A DNA stretch of 64,000 nt from Klebsormidium nitens (taxonomy: Eukaryota; Plantae; Klebsormidiophyceae). The position numbers were made by a program, and so were the translations under genes. This document shows, piece after piece, positions 14,203-26,608 of this stretch. The stretch is from NCBI GenBank assembly GCA_000708835.1, contig DF237205.1, positions 1 through 64,000 of the forward strand, given 5' to 3'. Each line of letters starts with the position of its first letter. The stretch's first letter is position 1. The notes beneath the pieces were generated by a model. That model had not been told where the DNA came from, did not search any database, and worked only from the letters and a program-made list of their open reading frames with translations.

Positions 14203-17200
14203 TTACAGGGGCATCCAGGAACACATCCCCAGCTGACACGTGGCAGCCACCCCAACCGCAAAGCTCGCGCACGAGAGCGCCCCGCACAGCACGACGCGCT
14301 GCAGCGCGTGCGCCTCGCCCTTCCGGTTTTCCTTCTGCGCCAGCGCCAAAAGTTCCCAGTCGTCGATTTCCGCCCCCGCCCTGGTTTTCTTGTCCTTCCC
14401 CTGCTGGCTCCGCTTACGGAGCTTGGGACTGCCCTTGGAGGGGTTTGCGGATTTGAGGGATTGGACGGTCGAAGCGGACGAGGTTTCGGACATGTTTCCT
14501 GGTTTCTCGGAGTGGTCGCCGGATGCAGCCTCGGTGGCGGCGCGGAGCTTCTCCGTGACTTCCTCCAGCTGAGAGGCCTGCAAACAAAGAGAGGGAAATT
14601 TGTTTGACCTATCTATCCAACCCTCATTTCGTTGACCACTCAAAGGTATGCGGAGTATACGAGGCGTTAGATTTTAATATACAAAAGCTGCGAAAGAGGA
14701 ACCCATGCGTCCTACCCGGATCTGCGAAAGTTTGGAAGAATATTCATAAACCTACCTTGCGAAAGGGGTCGCGGATCAGCAATTCAATCAGTTCAATCGC
14801 GAGCACCACCCTCCCTCACAAAGCCCCAGGTAAGACGACGAGGGAAGAAGTAACTAGAGGAGCGACTCACCACCCGAGCGTGCTCGTCAATTGCCTTCTT
14901 GAGCGCCCTCGACGCCTCCTTGTGGGACGCCTCCTTGGTCGTCAGCTGCGTCTCCTTGGCAGCAAGCTGCGCGTCCAAAGCTTGGAGAGCGTCCTGCGGA
15001 GAAGGAGACCGGTTTCAGAGAAGATTCCAAGAAAGGAACAGCAAGCATGCCAATCTTGGCGGCAAGGTGCGTATCCGGAGCTTGAAGAGCGTCCTGCAAA
15101 GAAGGAGACCGGTTTCAAAACTTTGATCCAAGCAACGAACAGCAAGCACTTGACCGCTTCCTTTTTGGTGCACGAATACGACCTGAAAAGAACGAAAGGC
15201 TTCTGAGATTGACGATCATCCTTACCAATATCACTCAAGTCTTTTCACAATTGCACTTGACGAGCTTTACCAGCGCGACTGTCAGTGGGTCTCCGATAAC
15301 CAAGGTCAATTCTTGTCAGGGCTGCGAAAGGGACCCAATGCCTTGACATTTCTTAGATCCCCTGTCCATGCGACAATCTTTCATTCCGTAACCACCAAAA
15401 AACTTGAAGGCACCAACGCGAGGCTAATGCAGCTTCATGAAGCACACGTCCTCCGTAATCATCTATTTCCCAACCAAAGACAGAAACTAACCTGGAGCTC
15501 TTCAGCTCTCTTAGCAGCCTCCGCCGCCTGCTCCTCTGCAGCTTGGACACGCTCCGTGACGTCGATGATGGTCGCCTCTAACTCCCCTTCGCCCTGCAGA
15601 GAAACGGGCGACCTCGTGAATCTTAGCAAAGGAATCCTTTGCAATCCTAGCGCTGGTTATCAGACTTGTCATAGAACGGCTGAAAAAACAGAGGGAAGGT
15701 GCCTTGAGGACTTTCCGGACCATTCCAAAAGGTCATCCTCGACCAAAAGACGAAAATTCTGCCCTCTTACGACAGACAAGATGGGTGTGACGAACAGCAA
15801 ATGCAGACGCAATAAAGGGCAATCCACCCGCAGGCAGCTGGTGCTTGATTGCATCCAGGGCCCTTCTGGCAGCTCTTTGATCACAGGTACGAGTATCACT
15901 TCAGGCACGCTTCGACGTTTCATTTGAAGAGGAAACTATTACGTAGCCAAATCCGATTTGGCAGGGAATCACCAGACCACTTTTAGCCGCGAGAGCAGAC
16001 TTCACCTTTTCGGAAGCCTCGCGCTGCTGCTCAAGCGCCTGGATCGTCGCCTGTGCCCGTGCAACCTTCTCCTCCTCAGCAGCGAGTGCAGACAGCTGCA
16101 ACAAAAACGGGTAAAGGACACGTGTTGACCTTTTTTTTTTTTGAAATGGTCTCTTGGGTGGAGAAAGCAGAAGAACGAACAGCTGGAACTGGGCACAAGA
16201 AGCCTCTGAAAAGACTCGCTCTTTTGTCCACCAGCTATACCTTGATGGTACTCAACTTCCGACAAGAGAGTTTAAAAAATCCGATTTTCAATCAACATCA
16301 CCATTTAGCAGGATGCCCATGGAGAAGGCATGCATCGAAATGCAGAAGCAAACGGCTGGAATGTGGTAACTCATGGGGACAAGTGAAAGTCGCCACTCTA
16401 GCCGTCAGTGAAGCTGAAGAGGGAAGCTGAAGAACTTCCGTACTTAATCCCTGACGTGAAATGACGGACGCCCAGGAAAGATGCACATGGTATTTCATTT
16501 CAACGGCCAAAGGGAAAAGAGGGACGCCGAGCGTGAAAACAACAATGGCACAACTTCTTTTTGATTCGTGTACCTCAACAACGAAACAACAGAGTTCCGA
16601 CGATTTGTCCAAGACAAGGCATCTCAGGAGTTTGAAGTCGTCCAAGCAACAGGACCGCTGCAGACCAACTCACGTGCTTCTATTCCCTGTAGTCCGCATC
16701 CTGTAAGCGCCGATTGATTCAGCCAAGCTCGACTGCCCCATTGTGACAACATTTCATCTGGCTTGATGTACTCAACTACAAATAAACAGCATGGCAACCA
16801 TACAAAGACGAGGGATTTCCGGAGGTGAAGGTTGACTAACCAACAAAAGCGTGAGGAACTTACATGCTTCTGTTCCCTGTATTCCGCATCCTGTAAGCGC
16901 CGCTCGGCCTCGGCCAGGCGCGACCGCCACACCGCTGCGTCCTCCGCGCGCCCCTTGAGCTGCGCAATCTCCCCCTCGAGTGTCACTTCCCGGAACGACT
17001 TTTTGGCGCTCATCAGGCTGGCAACCTGCTGCTTCAGATCGTCCACCTGCAGGGTCAGAAAGTGGGTTAACCTGGGTCTGTAAATGTGAGGCTAACCTGG
17101 CTGGGTCAGGCCGGATTCAAGATCAGAAGGTTTGAGGATGATTGGAGCGTGATAGGGCCGGCAATCTGCTGCTTCAGATCGTCCACCTGCAGTAGTGGGC

Positions 17201-20200
17201 AGTGATACTTCCTTAAGACAGAAGGCTAATTTGACTGGGTTAGGCAAATCTCAGAGTCAGGGGGTTTAATTTGGTCGAGTCTTCAGCGTTGAACAGGCTG
17301 GCAAGCTGCTGCTTCAGATCGTCCCTCTGCGGGAGCGTACGCACCATTTGGATTGGAAACTTTGGAAATCGAAGCAAGTAAGGGGGCAAGATAGAAGAGC
17401 AGGTAGATATAAGGGGAATGGAATTTTCAAACCTCAAATGACAGGGAAGTCCTCGAACCTGGTACGTCAGAGAGACTCGAGACCGGGCCAACCAGCCCAG
17501 CTAAATGCTCCTCACAGGGAGAGAAACAACTAGACACAGAAAGCAATAAACCATCACGATTTACACTGCTCAGGAGGTTTCATGATATTCAATTGACAAT
17601 CTGCACACAGAAAGCTTGCTGCTGATTTGGATCTGTTAGAAACATATTGGACAGCGGATGAAAAGCGGGAAAGCAACAAAGCACTATCTCAGGAAAGACA
17701 TGGAAGCCGCTTTTGAGATAGTCGCAACCCCTACCTCCCGTCTGGCATGCTCCTCCCGCTGTTCATGCTCCTCTGCTGACCTCAGCGCCTGGTTCCTGAC
17801 GTCCTCGGCGTGTTGCAGCTGCTGCTGCAGGCCCGCCACCTGGCGCACCAGGATTGCCACGTCAAATTCGGTCAGTCTACTTGCTGCAATCACTTATGTG
17901 AGTTCCACTTGTGTAGAGGCACAGCGACTTTCGCGAACAGACTGTCCTAGGTAACGAATTCAGTCAGTCACCCTGTTTGGAAAAGCAAGCAACTAATACC
18001 CATGGCAAAAGGCTCTTTCGGAACCAGGATCTGAGACAACCGAAGCCAGCTTGGGTTGTCAACATGTAAGGGCCTTCATTTCTATGCTCCAATCCACTTT
18101 CTCTCTGCAGCAAACAGGACCTACAGAGATATTTAGTGTAACGGTTTGCAAGAACAACCCACCTGCCGAACTAGTATTGCCACGTCAGACTCCCGCTGGC
18201 TCCTCTGCGCCGCCAGCGCCGAGCGCTCCCCCGTCAGGGCCACCCGCAGGCGCTCCGAGTCGCGCAGCGCCTCGGACAGTTGGGTTTCTTGCTCCATCTT
18301 CTCCCGCTGAAGGGCCTCCAGGCTCGCCTCAATGTTCTCTGACCATTGCCTGGAGAAACAGATCCAACGAAGAATTCAGATCTTGGCTTCGTTTGTGATG
18401 TTGATATCGGTCTGGCAGGTATGAATGTGCGACAACCACAGGTGCTCGCATTCGTCTGCCGCTACTTGTCTTTCCTGCACAATGTTTTGGGATACGGCCA
18501 GCAGACACGTAAGCTGTCCCCCCCGCAGAAGGCGTCAACGGGGTCGGGAACAAAAACTGTCCCCTGCTATTCTTCTCTAGCCTTGAAAGAGCTCTGAGAC
18601 GTGTTGTGGCAATACCAGACCGGTTTGAGAAGCAGAGACGGCTCAATGAAAGGGGCGCAAAGCTCTGGGTGTCGCAAAGTATCAGTTCAAAATCTTATGA
18701 TTCTTGAAGGAACGGATGTAATCAGCTTGACCATTGAGCAATGTCGTGCAAAGCTCACTCGCTGAGATTTGCAAGCCCTTCGTGCTGGTTACCCTTTAAT
18801 CTCTAATTGTCCGGTCAATTGCGACAGTGATGACTACTCTATTGAATGGAGCCCAATTTAGCTACTTAGCATGCGTTTTGTATGGAGGATGTCGATTAAC
18901 CGCAGGTGGTTCTATAATGACGACTCGATTGTGGTAAACGGATAGAGCCCTGCTCACCTCAGCTTCGTAACTTCCTCAGTGGTCTTCACGGCCCGCTCCT
19001 TACTTTCTGCCAGCTGCCTCTCCGCTTCTTTCAACCTCAACCCCGCCCCCTCTCCATCCTTAACCCTGGTTTCCATGACCTTAACCCGCTCCCTTTCAGC
19101 CCCCAACTCTTTCTTCAGCGCTTCTACGCTCCCGTGCGCATCGTCAAGACTCTTCTGCAGAGCTGTGTTCCGCTCTTTCGCAGCGTCCACCTGCTGTTGA
19201 ACAGTCTCAAGCTCGGACGGCGCGGACCCGTTGGCCGTGCCCTTTTCGGAAGCGGCCAACTGTGTCCGAAGCTCGGCCGACTCCTTTTCAGCCGCCGACA
19301 GCTTGCCCTCCAGAACCCGCACCTTCTCAACTGCCGCTTTCAGTTCGCTTTTCAGCGACTCCGCATCAGTTCCGTTCTTGCTTTGCAATGTCTGGTGAGC
19401 CTCCTTCAGCTCAGTCTTTGTCTGCGCAGCCTCTGACTCTGCCTTCTTCACTACCTCCTTGGCTTCCCTCGCCTCCCCCTCGAGCGACTTTACCCTCCCC
19501 TCTAGTTTCTTCTCCTTCTCCTCGGCAGCGGTAATCTTTCCCTTTCCGCTCGCAAGCTCCCCCTCAAGGGCCTTCACCCTTCCTTCTAGTTTCTTCTCCT
19601 TCTCCTCCGCAACTTTCGCCTTCTCCTTTGCCCCCGCAAGCTCCTTTTCCAACGCCAGTGCCTTTCCTTCCAGTGCTTTCAGACCCTCCAACTGTTTACC
19701 CTTCCCCTCGGCGTCCTTAAGCTTCGCTTTGACTGCAGCCAAGTCCTTCTCGAGCGCCGCTACCTTCTGATCTTTCGCCTTCAGGCTCTCTTCCTGCGAC
19801 TTCTTCTCTTTCTCCAGACTGCCCACCTTCTCATCCGCAGTCTTCGCTTTCTTTTCGGCCGCCTCTGCCCTCTTTGCATCCCCCTCTGCTTTCTTTAGCT
19901 TCGCCTCGAGGTCTTTGACCTTCCCTTCACTCACCCCAAGCTTCTTGTCCACTTCCACAAGTTTACTCTGCGCCCCTTTCGCCGCTGTTGCCTCCTTCTC
20001 CAAAGTTTTGGCTTTCTCCTCCGAGGCCTGCAACTTCTCTCCAGCCAGATGCAGCTCCTTATGCAAACCCTCAACCCTCTCTTCCGCCACTTTCGCCTTC
20101 CGTTCCCCCTCATCCGCCTTGCCTCTCAGCACACCCGCAAGGCTCTCTGCATCCGCAAGTTTCGCGGCCAGTTCCAAAGTCCTCGACTCTGCCGAATTGA

Positions 20201-21156
20201 GCCGCTCTCGGACATCTGAAAACGGCACGTGCTCCGGAACTTGCGCCTCTAGTTTCACCCCCCCCTCATCCTCCTTTTTCGCACCACCCCCCTCGGAAGC
20301 ATCCACCGCACCCCCCTCAGGCGGACTCTCGGACGTCCGACGAAACAACGGATTCCCCCGCGCATGGGGGTCCGAGTTCCTGGGTGTCTCCGGCCCCCCG
20401 GCCAGCATCTCTTGCAGAGACTTGATCTCTGCAGCCATCGACGCTTCTTTTGCTCTTGCGCGAGCCTGAGCCTGACTTACCACTTCCTCTGCGCGTTTCA
20501 CGACCTGCTCAAAGGCCGCGCTCTGCTCCTGCGCGCGGCGCTCCGCTTGGGCGCGCCACTGCTCGTCCAACTTTTTGAGCGCCTGGCAGGAGGGAAAGAA
20601 AATTGAAAATGTGTGAGTTTCATCCTCTTGCATTTGCTTTCATTTGGAAAGGGCTTTGAGACAGCCGCACGTTTCAGAGCAACTCTCTGAGCTTGGGACC
20701 CTATTGTCCGAGCGCTTGCCAAGAAAAGAAAGAACTTCCAAAGCTACCCAGAGCTTCAAAAAAGACATCACATGGACGTGACAAAACTCGGGTTGATTCT
20801 TCAACAGATTGATAGGTTCTATTTCAAAGATCTAGCAGAAGTCATTTAACGAGATCCATTACTAAGAATTCGCAGGTTCCCTAACATGCAGCATCCATTG
20901 ATTACTGTGATCCCTTTTGATCAGACTGCGACAATCTCACGAATCTTGCTTTAATTGCACTTGAAGCAGAGTAAGGTCTCACCTCAAGATGCTTCCGCTC
21001 TTGCCGCTTCATTCTCGACTTCAATTCTGTTACTGCAGAATCAGGGGAGGCCTCCCCCATCCCCTTAACAGACGGCGAAGGCTCACTGGACAGTTCACCT
21101 GACGCAGTTGGACTAGGCGGTACAATGTCGGCAGGCTTCGCATGACCAACCTCCAT
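14203..21156 (-). CDS. Long coiled-coil protein (~987 aa) with C-terminal hydrophobic tail (golgin-like / tail-anchored)
   Basis: Exons 21156-20983, 20582-18958, 18349-18163, 17839-17735, 17046-16864, 16095-16006, 15593-15492, 14993-14871 and 14577-14203 have GT-AG boundaries and consistent phases (2964 nt total). The product is E/K/A/L-rich heptad sequence and ends VVLCGALSCASFAVGVAATCQLGMCSWMPL*. A further upstream exon (22013-21920) can splice in frame, so the start codon is uncertain. Confidence 0.8.
17010..17330 (-). repeat. Three 140-bp tandem units, each = intron 3' end + acceptor + exon start (DDLKQQ)
   Basis: CAG|(G/A)(T/G)GGACGATCTGAAGCAGCAG starts at 17046 (functional exon), 17186 and 17326. 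The intronic parts are also homologous (GGCTAAxxTGxCTGGGTxAGGC). Confidence 0.85.
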
Positions 21157-22667
21157 GACTGCAGGTTGAATGAACTGGGATTTCGACACAAGCACTAAGA
21201 TCAAGGCCTGCAGAAAGGACGCTGTCAGATTATACCAGCCAGAGCAAGTTCGCAGCACAATTGGAGCATGTCATCTGCTGATTGATTTCTTGATGCAATA
21301 AAAACAAGTCAGGTGCTGAACGGTGGGTCTAGGGTTCTCAAACAGCCGTGCTTCAAACCTGGTTTTTGTGGAAACATTTAACACACCTCCTCGAGTTCAT
21401 GAGACATTCAAAATAACAGCAGTGAATTGATATCTACCATATACTGCTGAACCTACGATGTCATCATCTTAGGGTTGTCTATGCGGATCATACTGTGAAC
21501 TTTATCCGACTTTAGAAGGAAAGCAACAGCAGGCGAGAACCGCAACAGATCTTGATGGATAGGTTGACTGAGAATGAATTCATCAGCTAAGCAGAGACTC
21601 ACATGATGCACATTTGCAATGAGGGATCATCCATGGGGGATCATCCACAGGGGAACCACGAATAAAGGGGCATTACGAAAAGCTTTATAAGTATCAAACA
21701 CGAAGGCTTTGCAACCACGCTGGGTATACCGCTGGATTTTCACAAACGTAGTTCTCAGATCCAAAAGACATGCAATTCCAGATCTCAGAACTACCTAATT
21801 CAAATGGATCTGTACATACCGTCTGCTTGTTAGTGGAACACCTCAATGCAAGCAGATCAGCAGGCAGATGATCCAATCAAAGCAAGGAGCTGAATTTTGA
21901 CCCAACCAAGCGCTCTCACCTCCTTCTTTTGAGCTTCCTGCTTCTCCAAGTCGTCCTCTTCTTCGCCAATTCCCGTACTCCGACTCCTCTTCCTCTGACC
22001 ACTTCACTTCCACCTAAAATCCTAAACCCGGTTTGTGGTTAGGACTGCCTTGGGAGGACCAAACAACTTTCCTCTTGCAGGGAGGGACACCTGGTGTCGG
22101 GGAGCTCACAAAGCTGCGGGATCGAGGCGCCTTCCTCGAGCACTTGAAGAAGCCCTGGTCGTTCAAGTTGTGCTGAATAGAAAGTTCCCCGACAGCATGC
22201 TGAAGACAGATGCCAAATCGAGGGCGGTTTTGCCTTCGACGAGTGAAGCTCTGAACTGCCGTCCGGGACGATCTCCGAAGAACCGGCTTTGAAATTTGGG
22301 CTATCAGGGCGGCACTGAACTGACGGTTTGCAAACGCCCCAATAGCCGGTATTCTTCGTTCTTGCTGCGTCGAGAATTCTATGAGCTTCCCTCTGTGACA
22401 AGCCTGGGTCCATTTTCCTGCAAATTGCAATTCAATTTCGAGGAGGAAGGTCAAATCGAGACAAGGATGTCCTCCGTCCAGCGCAACAAAACGCCACCAC
22501 AACTAGAACCAGAAAGAATAGCCTGCGGTGTCCTTGGTATTACTCTTAGTTACCTGTAGCCCACATTGTCTAGACTCTAGGAGCATTGAGTTTCTGTCTG
22601 AATCTGCGCGGTCAGCTTTTTCAAGGGCCACTTTCAGATTCTTCATCAGATCAGCTAGGCGTCAGGT

Positions 22668-25600
22668 ATGGACGACGAAGTTGTGACCAAGCTGTACAGG
22701 GTGCGCAAAACAGTCCTCCAGATGCTCAATGACAGGGGCTATCTGGTGCTCGATGAAGAGCTCAGTCAGACGAAGGACGATTTTAGAGAGAAGTTTGGGG
22801 ACGACCCCAAGAAAGATGATCTCACCATGTCGAAGAAGAAGTCGGACAGTGGCGAGCAGGTGAGAATCATCAAGCAATGCTGGTTTTAATTGCTCTGCGA
22901 TTTTGATTCAGAGGGGATCTGAGAAGGCGGGTAATGGTCATCATCAGAGTTTGTTGGTGCAAGAATGAGAGCGGAGATCGGAGCCTTCAGAATGAATGAG
23001 ACGTTTTCCGGCTGATTCTGCTTGCCGAATTCCGGACTTTTCCATCTGTCTTTATTTCCTTTGTTATGCAGAAAGGTAGTAAATATAACATCAGCAAAAC
23101 TGTCTAAGTTTTACCTCACAGAAAGGAGTATCAACCTTCACTTACAGTTATCATTGAGCGGGGTTGATGGTGTGCGGTGGGTATTGTGAGCTTGCAAGAG
23201 GCAGTACATGGCCATTTCTTGATGCACCACTTTCTAAATAATTGTACGGAGGGAAAAGACAGAGGACAGAACAGATGTTTCTCTGCACCACCCAGGCAAC
23301 GGACATCACTTGGAAAGCATTAGCCGCCTCAGGATTTATCCAGACTCGTAGCAACCTGTGGGGGACGTTGATTTCTAAGTGATCGTCTGGCAAAGCCATT
23401 TCTAAAGTGCACAAGTCCTTTCCCTTGTCATACCTCTTTTAAAACGCCAGTCTTGCATAAGAATGCTGGAGTGCCTTTATAAGCCCATGTGCTTTGGAGA
23501 AGTATGTGCGTCATACTCTTTGGCTGCTCGAGTGTTCTGTGCACCACCAATTGCCTCCCTTGTTTGTGGTTCTGTGATTTGCTTGACATTTGTATTTGGC
23601 CTATAGGCACAACTGATGCAGGTTTACGTTTTGAGGTCTCCTTAAGGTTGAGGACTTTTCACAATGCAAGCTCACCGATGCGCCTTACTGATTGTGACCT
23701 TCTATTCATTTTTATGAACCAGTACGCAGAGTTAGTCGCTGTCTCTCAGACTCGCTTATGTGTGCTCGTTGCAATCGACCCGGTCAGCTTATGAGTAGAA
23801 ACAAATGCCCGTTGGTCTCTAGGCAGTACATCAAAGTTGGTGCACAAGTCTGGGTGCACTTTCCACATGACATTCTAAATGCAGAATACGACTCCACACG
23901 TGACAGCAACAGCTAACCTAGACTGATTTCAAATTCCCGGAGCAAATCTCGCTTTCAATAAACTCGAAACTGGACTTGGTTAGCGGAGAAGAACTTGGGG
24001 TCGAGCGAGTCACAAGAAAAAGGTCACCAAACAAAGCTTTTGCTCGCTTCCCGCAGATCCTCGTCTTCTTCCCAGACGCAAAGTCAGACGGGAGTTCTAG
24101 CGGGAAAGTCGGTGTCAAGCAGATCAAGGAGTACGTGGAGGTGATGAAGCGGGGCGACATCCGGCGGGCTATCATGGTGGTCACGGACAACTTGACACCG
24201 TTCGCAAAGTCGTGCTTAGGGGAGATTGCATCAAAAGGGTACACGATTGAGGTCTTCCAGGTGAGTGTCAAAGGGAGCGCTCGACAGTCAGTACGCACGG
24301 GTTGGGCCTTTTGACCGATAGCTGGGCGAGTGTGTCAAAGCAAGAGTTCGTAAACGTGGCGACGCCCTCGCTCAATTCTCATGCAGACGTCGCCGGCGAA
24401 GTTTAGGGGCCGAATTTGCGGTTGGCAGAGAGCAATAAATGCGCACCCCATCGGATGGTCTGGAGGGTCGAAGTTGGGGGCAGCCCCCATCGATCGACGG
24501 TTCCGAACTTTTGTTGCCGGGACCATGAGCGTGCGTACTAACTGTCGAGGGGACTCCGTTTTGCTTCAACTTCCTTTGGTATCCTTACTTCTCTGCTTGC
24601 ATCTCTGGTGTTATCCGGAGAGATTGTCATGATGGCTGGAAGCCTGCCGACTCCATGATCCAACTGAGCAGCAGCGGTCTTTCAAAGCGAACCCAGAGGG
24701 GAGAAGTGCACGCCTCAGATTACCTTTTGGTCAACGCCGTTGTTTGGGGATTGTCTTAGAGCTGCGAAGCCACCAGAAGTGAGCTTCGTTTTTCTGTGGG
24801 GTAATCATGCAAAGAAAGCGCAGCCGGGAGCTTCATGAAGATGGATTGCTGTAAAGTCGGCTTTTGAGTTCAAAGGAACCGATTTCTTAACCCCGTCGAT
24901 TGCAACTCTCTGCATTAAACGATTGGAAGAACTGGTTCGCTTTACCACCTTTAGCAAATTGCTGGATTCATATCGACCGTCAGCTATCTTTCTTGTTCAT
25001 GAAGTCACGCACTGTTTAGAGCGGCAGTTTAGCTGAACCCCAATTTCACCAAGTCCTGTGCAAGTCTTTACCAATTAGCCTTGAGATGACCCAAGGTTTT
25101 ACTTCTGCTTACGAGTCTGCTCTGGAGAGCCCTGATGAACGTCAGCCGTCAGCCATAGCTGTAATGCGCACAAGAATGGTGATTGACTTCTCAAAAACCC
25201 AAATCCAAACGGAAACTTTCGCAACCTCTGTCCTTTCGGGTTGGGAAAAACCCGTGTTCTTTCAACCCTGTGCAGGAGTCCGAGCTGCTGGTAAATATCA
25301 GCCACCACGTGCTCGTCCCGAAGCACTACGTCCTTAGCAACGAAGATAAAAAGGCGCTCCTAGAACGGTACACTGTCAAAGAAACACAGGTAAGGCGCAC
25401 ATTCCTTTGCATTCAGCAGACGGCCTTCGATAGCGAACGCGTGCAAGAAGCTTCGAAACCTTTGCACCTGTAGAAGCTGCAAAATCAGATGCTCTTAAGC
25501 ATTGATTTATGGGCATGAGAAGTTTTGCTTGAATCTGCGCTGAAATAATGGGCAAGGTTTTTGGATGTCACTTTCCCGATCTTAGCACGGGTCTTCGTCA

Positions 25601-26608
25601 AAGGAAGGCAGTCAAACTGCGCGGTGCACTGGCGCCTTTTCCATTCGTACTGCTTTCACCTGGTCGGGGCACGGTGGTTTTCTCTTTACAACTCGGTTGA
25701 GAATCCGTACGCGGAAACTTCTCGTGTAACAATAGTGCGGCAGGAATTCTCCTGCGCTCGCGCTAAACTCTACCCACAGCCTTCGGAACGTTACTTGTCG
25801 AGCTAGGCAAACACCCGATCCCATACCGAACTCGAAATTTGTGAAACGACTTTTTGCTTTGTGTACTGATTCTAATCTTTTCCGAGACGAGGTCAACCTT
25901 TGTTTGATGAGCGGTCAAGGTCCTCGGCCACGAAACAACTTGCTCGTGGCCATTTCCTGTGAAACGGCCGGCTTTTTTGCCTCTTTGCCTCTGAAGCTGG
26001 CAAGCGTTTACGAACCAACGTGAAGTATCCTCTGTGGCACGTCTTCAAGACAGACTGAAAAAAGCTGACAGAAGCTGTAATCATACCCCTAAACTCATCG
26101 ACACTCAATCTCGTCACATTGGCCAGAGCCCACACTTCTCTTTCTGATGCACCCGCCGCCTCACCACCTTTTTCGTCCACTCCCGTTGGTAGCCGTGTCA
26201 GGTCCTGGGAATTCTAGATTCAACCACGGCCACACAAGTCTTCAGCAAAGTAACGTTGGGGCCGCCATTTTGGAGTGTCGCGCTTTGATAGCAGAGTCGT
26301 TAATCCTAGAGTCGGTCAGTAATCAACCCACGTCTTTTGGGGACATGAAGGAAAATATTGTCGTCGCCGAATTGTTTATGCCATAGGGCGACCAAAAAAA
26401 ACTGGCGTACTGGCTTTAAGGGCGCCGCACAGTGGACACGTTGTTTTTCGATTGACTAATCTCTGACCGTGTCTTGATGCAGCTGCCCCGGATGCAAGTA
26501 AGCGATCCAATCGCCCGGTACTTCGGCTTGACGCGGGGGCAAGTGGTCAGGATCGTGCGACCAAGCGAAACGGCGGGGCGGTACGTCACATACAGATACG
26601 TAGTTTAG
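22668..26608 (+). CDS. RPB5: DNA-directed RNA polymerase I/II/III common subunit RPB5 (canonical copy, 211 aa)
   Basis: Exons 22668-22859, 24057-24260, 25276-25389 and 26483-26608, all phase 0 and GT-AG. Diagnostic motifs: [64 protein letters not shown]. Confidence 0.96.

Noticed and set aside
14164-14246. Two CCCAGCTGACACGTGGCAG copies containing a G-box/ABRE core
   Set aside because: They lie at the CDS end and 3'UTR of the coiled-coil gene, 64 bp apart. A local duplication explains them better than a promoter element.
18979-20606. Plus-strand Ser/Phe/Ala-rich ORFs
   Set aside because: They are antisense to the E/K-rich coiled-coil exon.
22014-22030. Telomere/telo-box-like CCTAAAATCCTAAACCC (similar short motifs near 35610 and 54400)
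   Set aside because: Too short and imperfect to separate from chance. The 22014 copy overlaps a splice acceptor tract.
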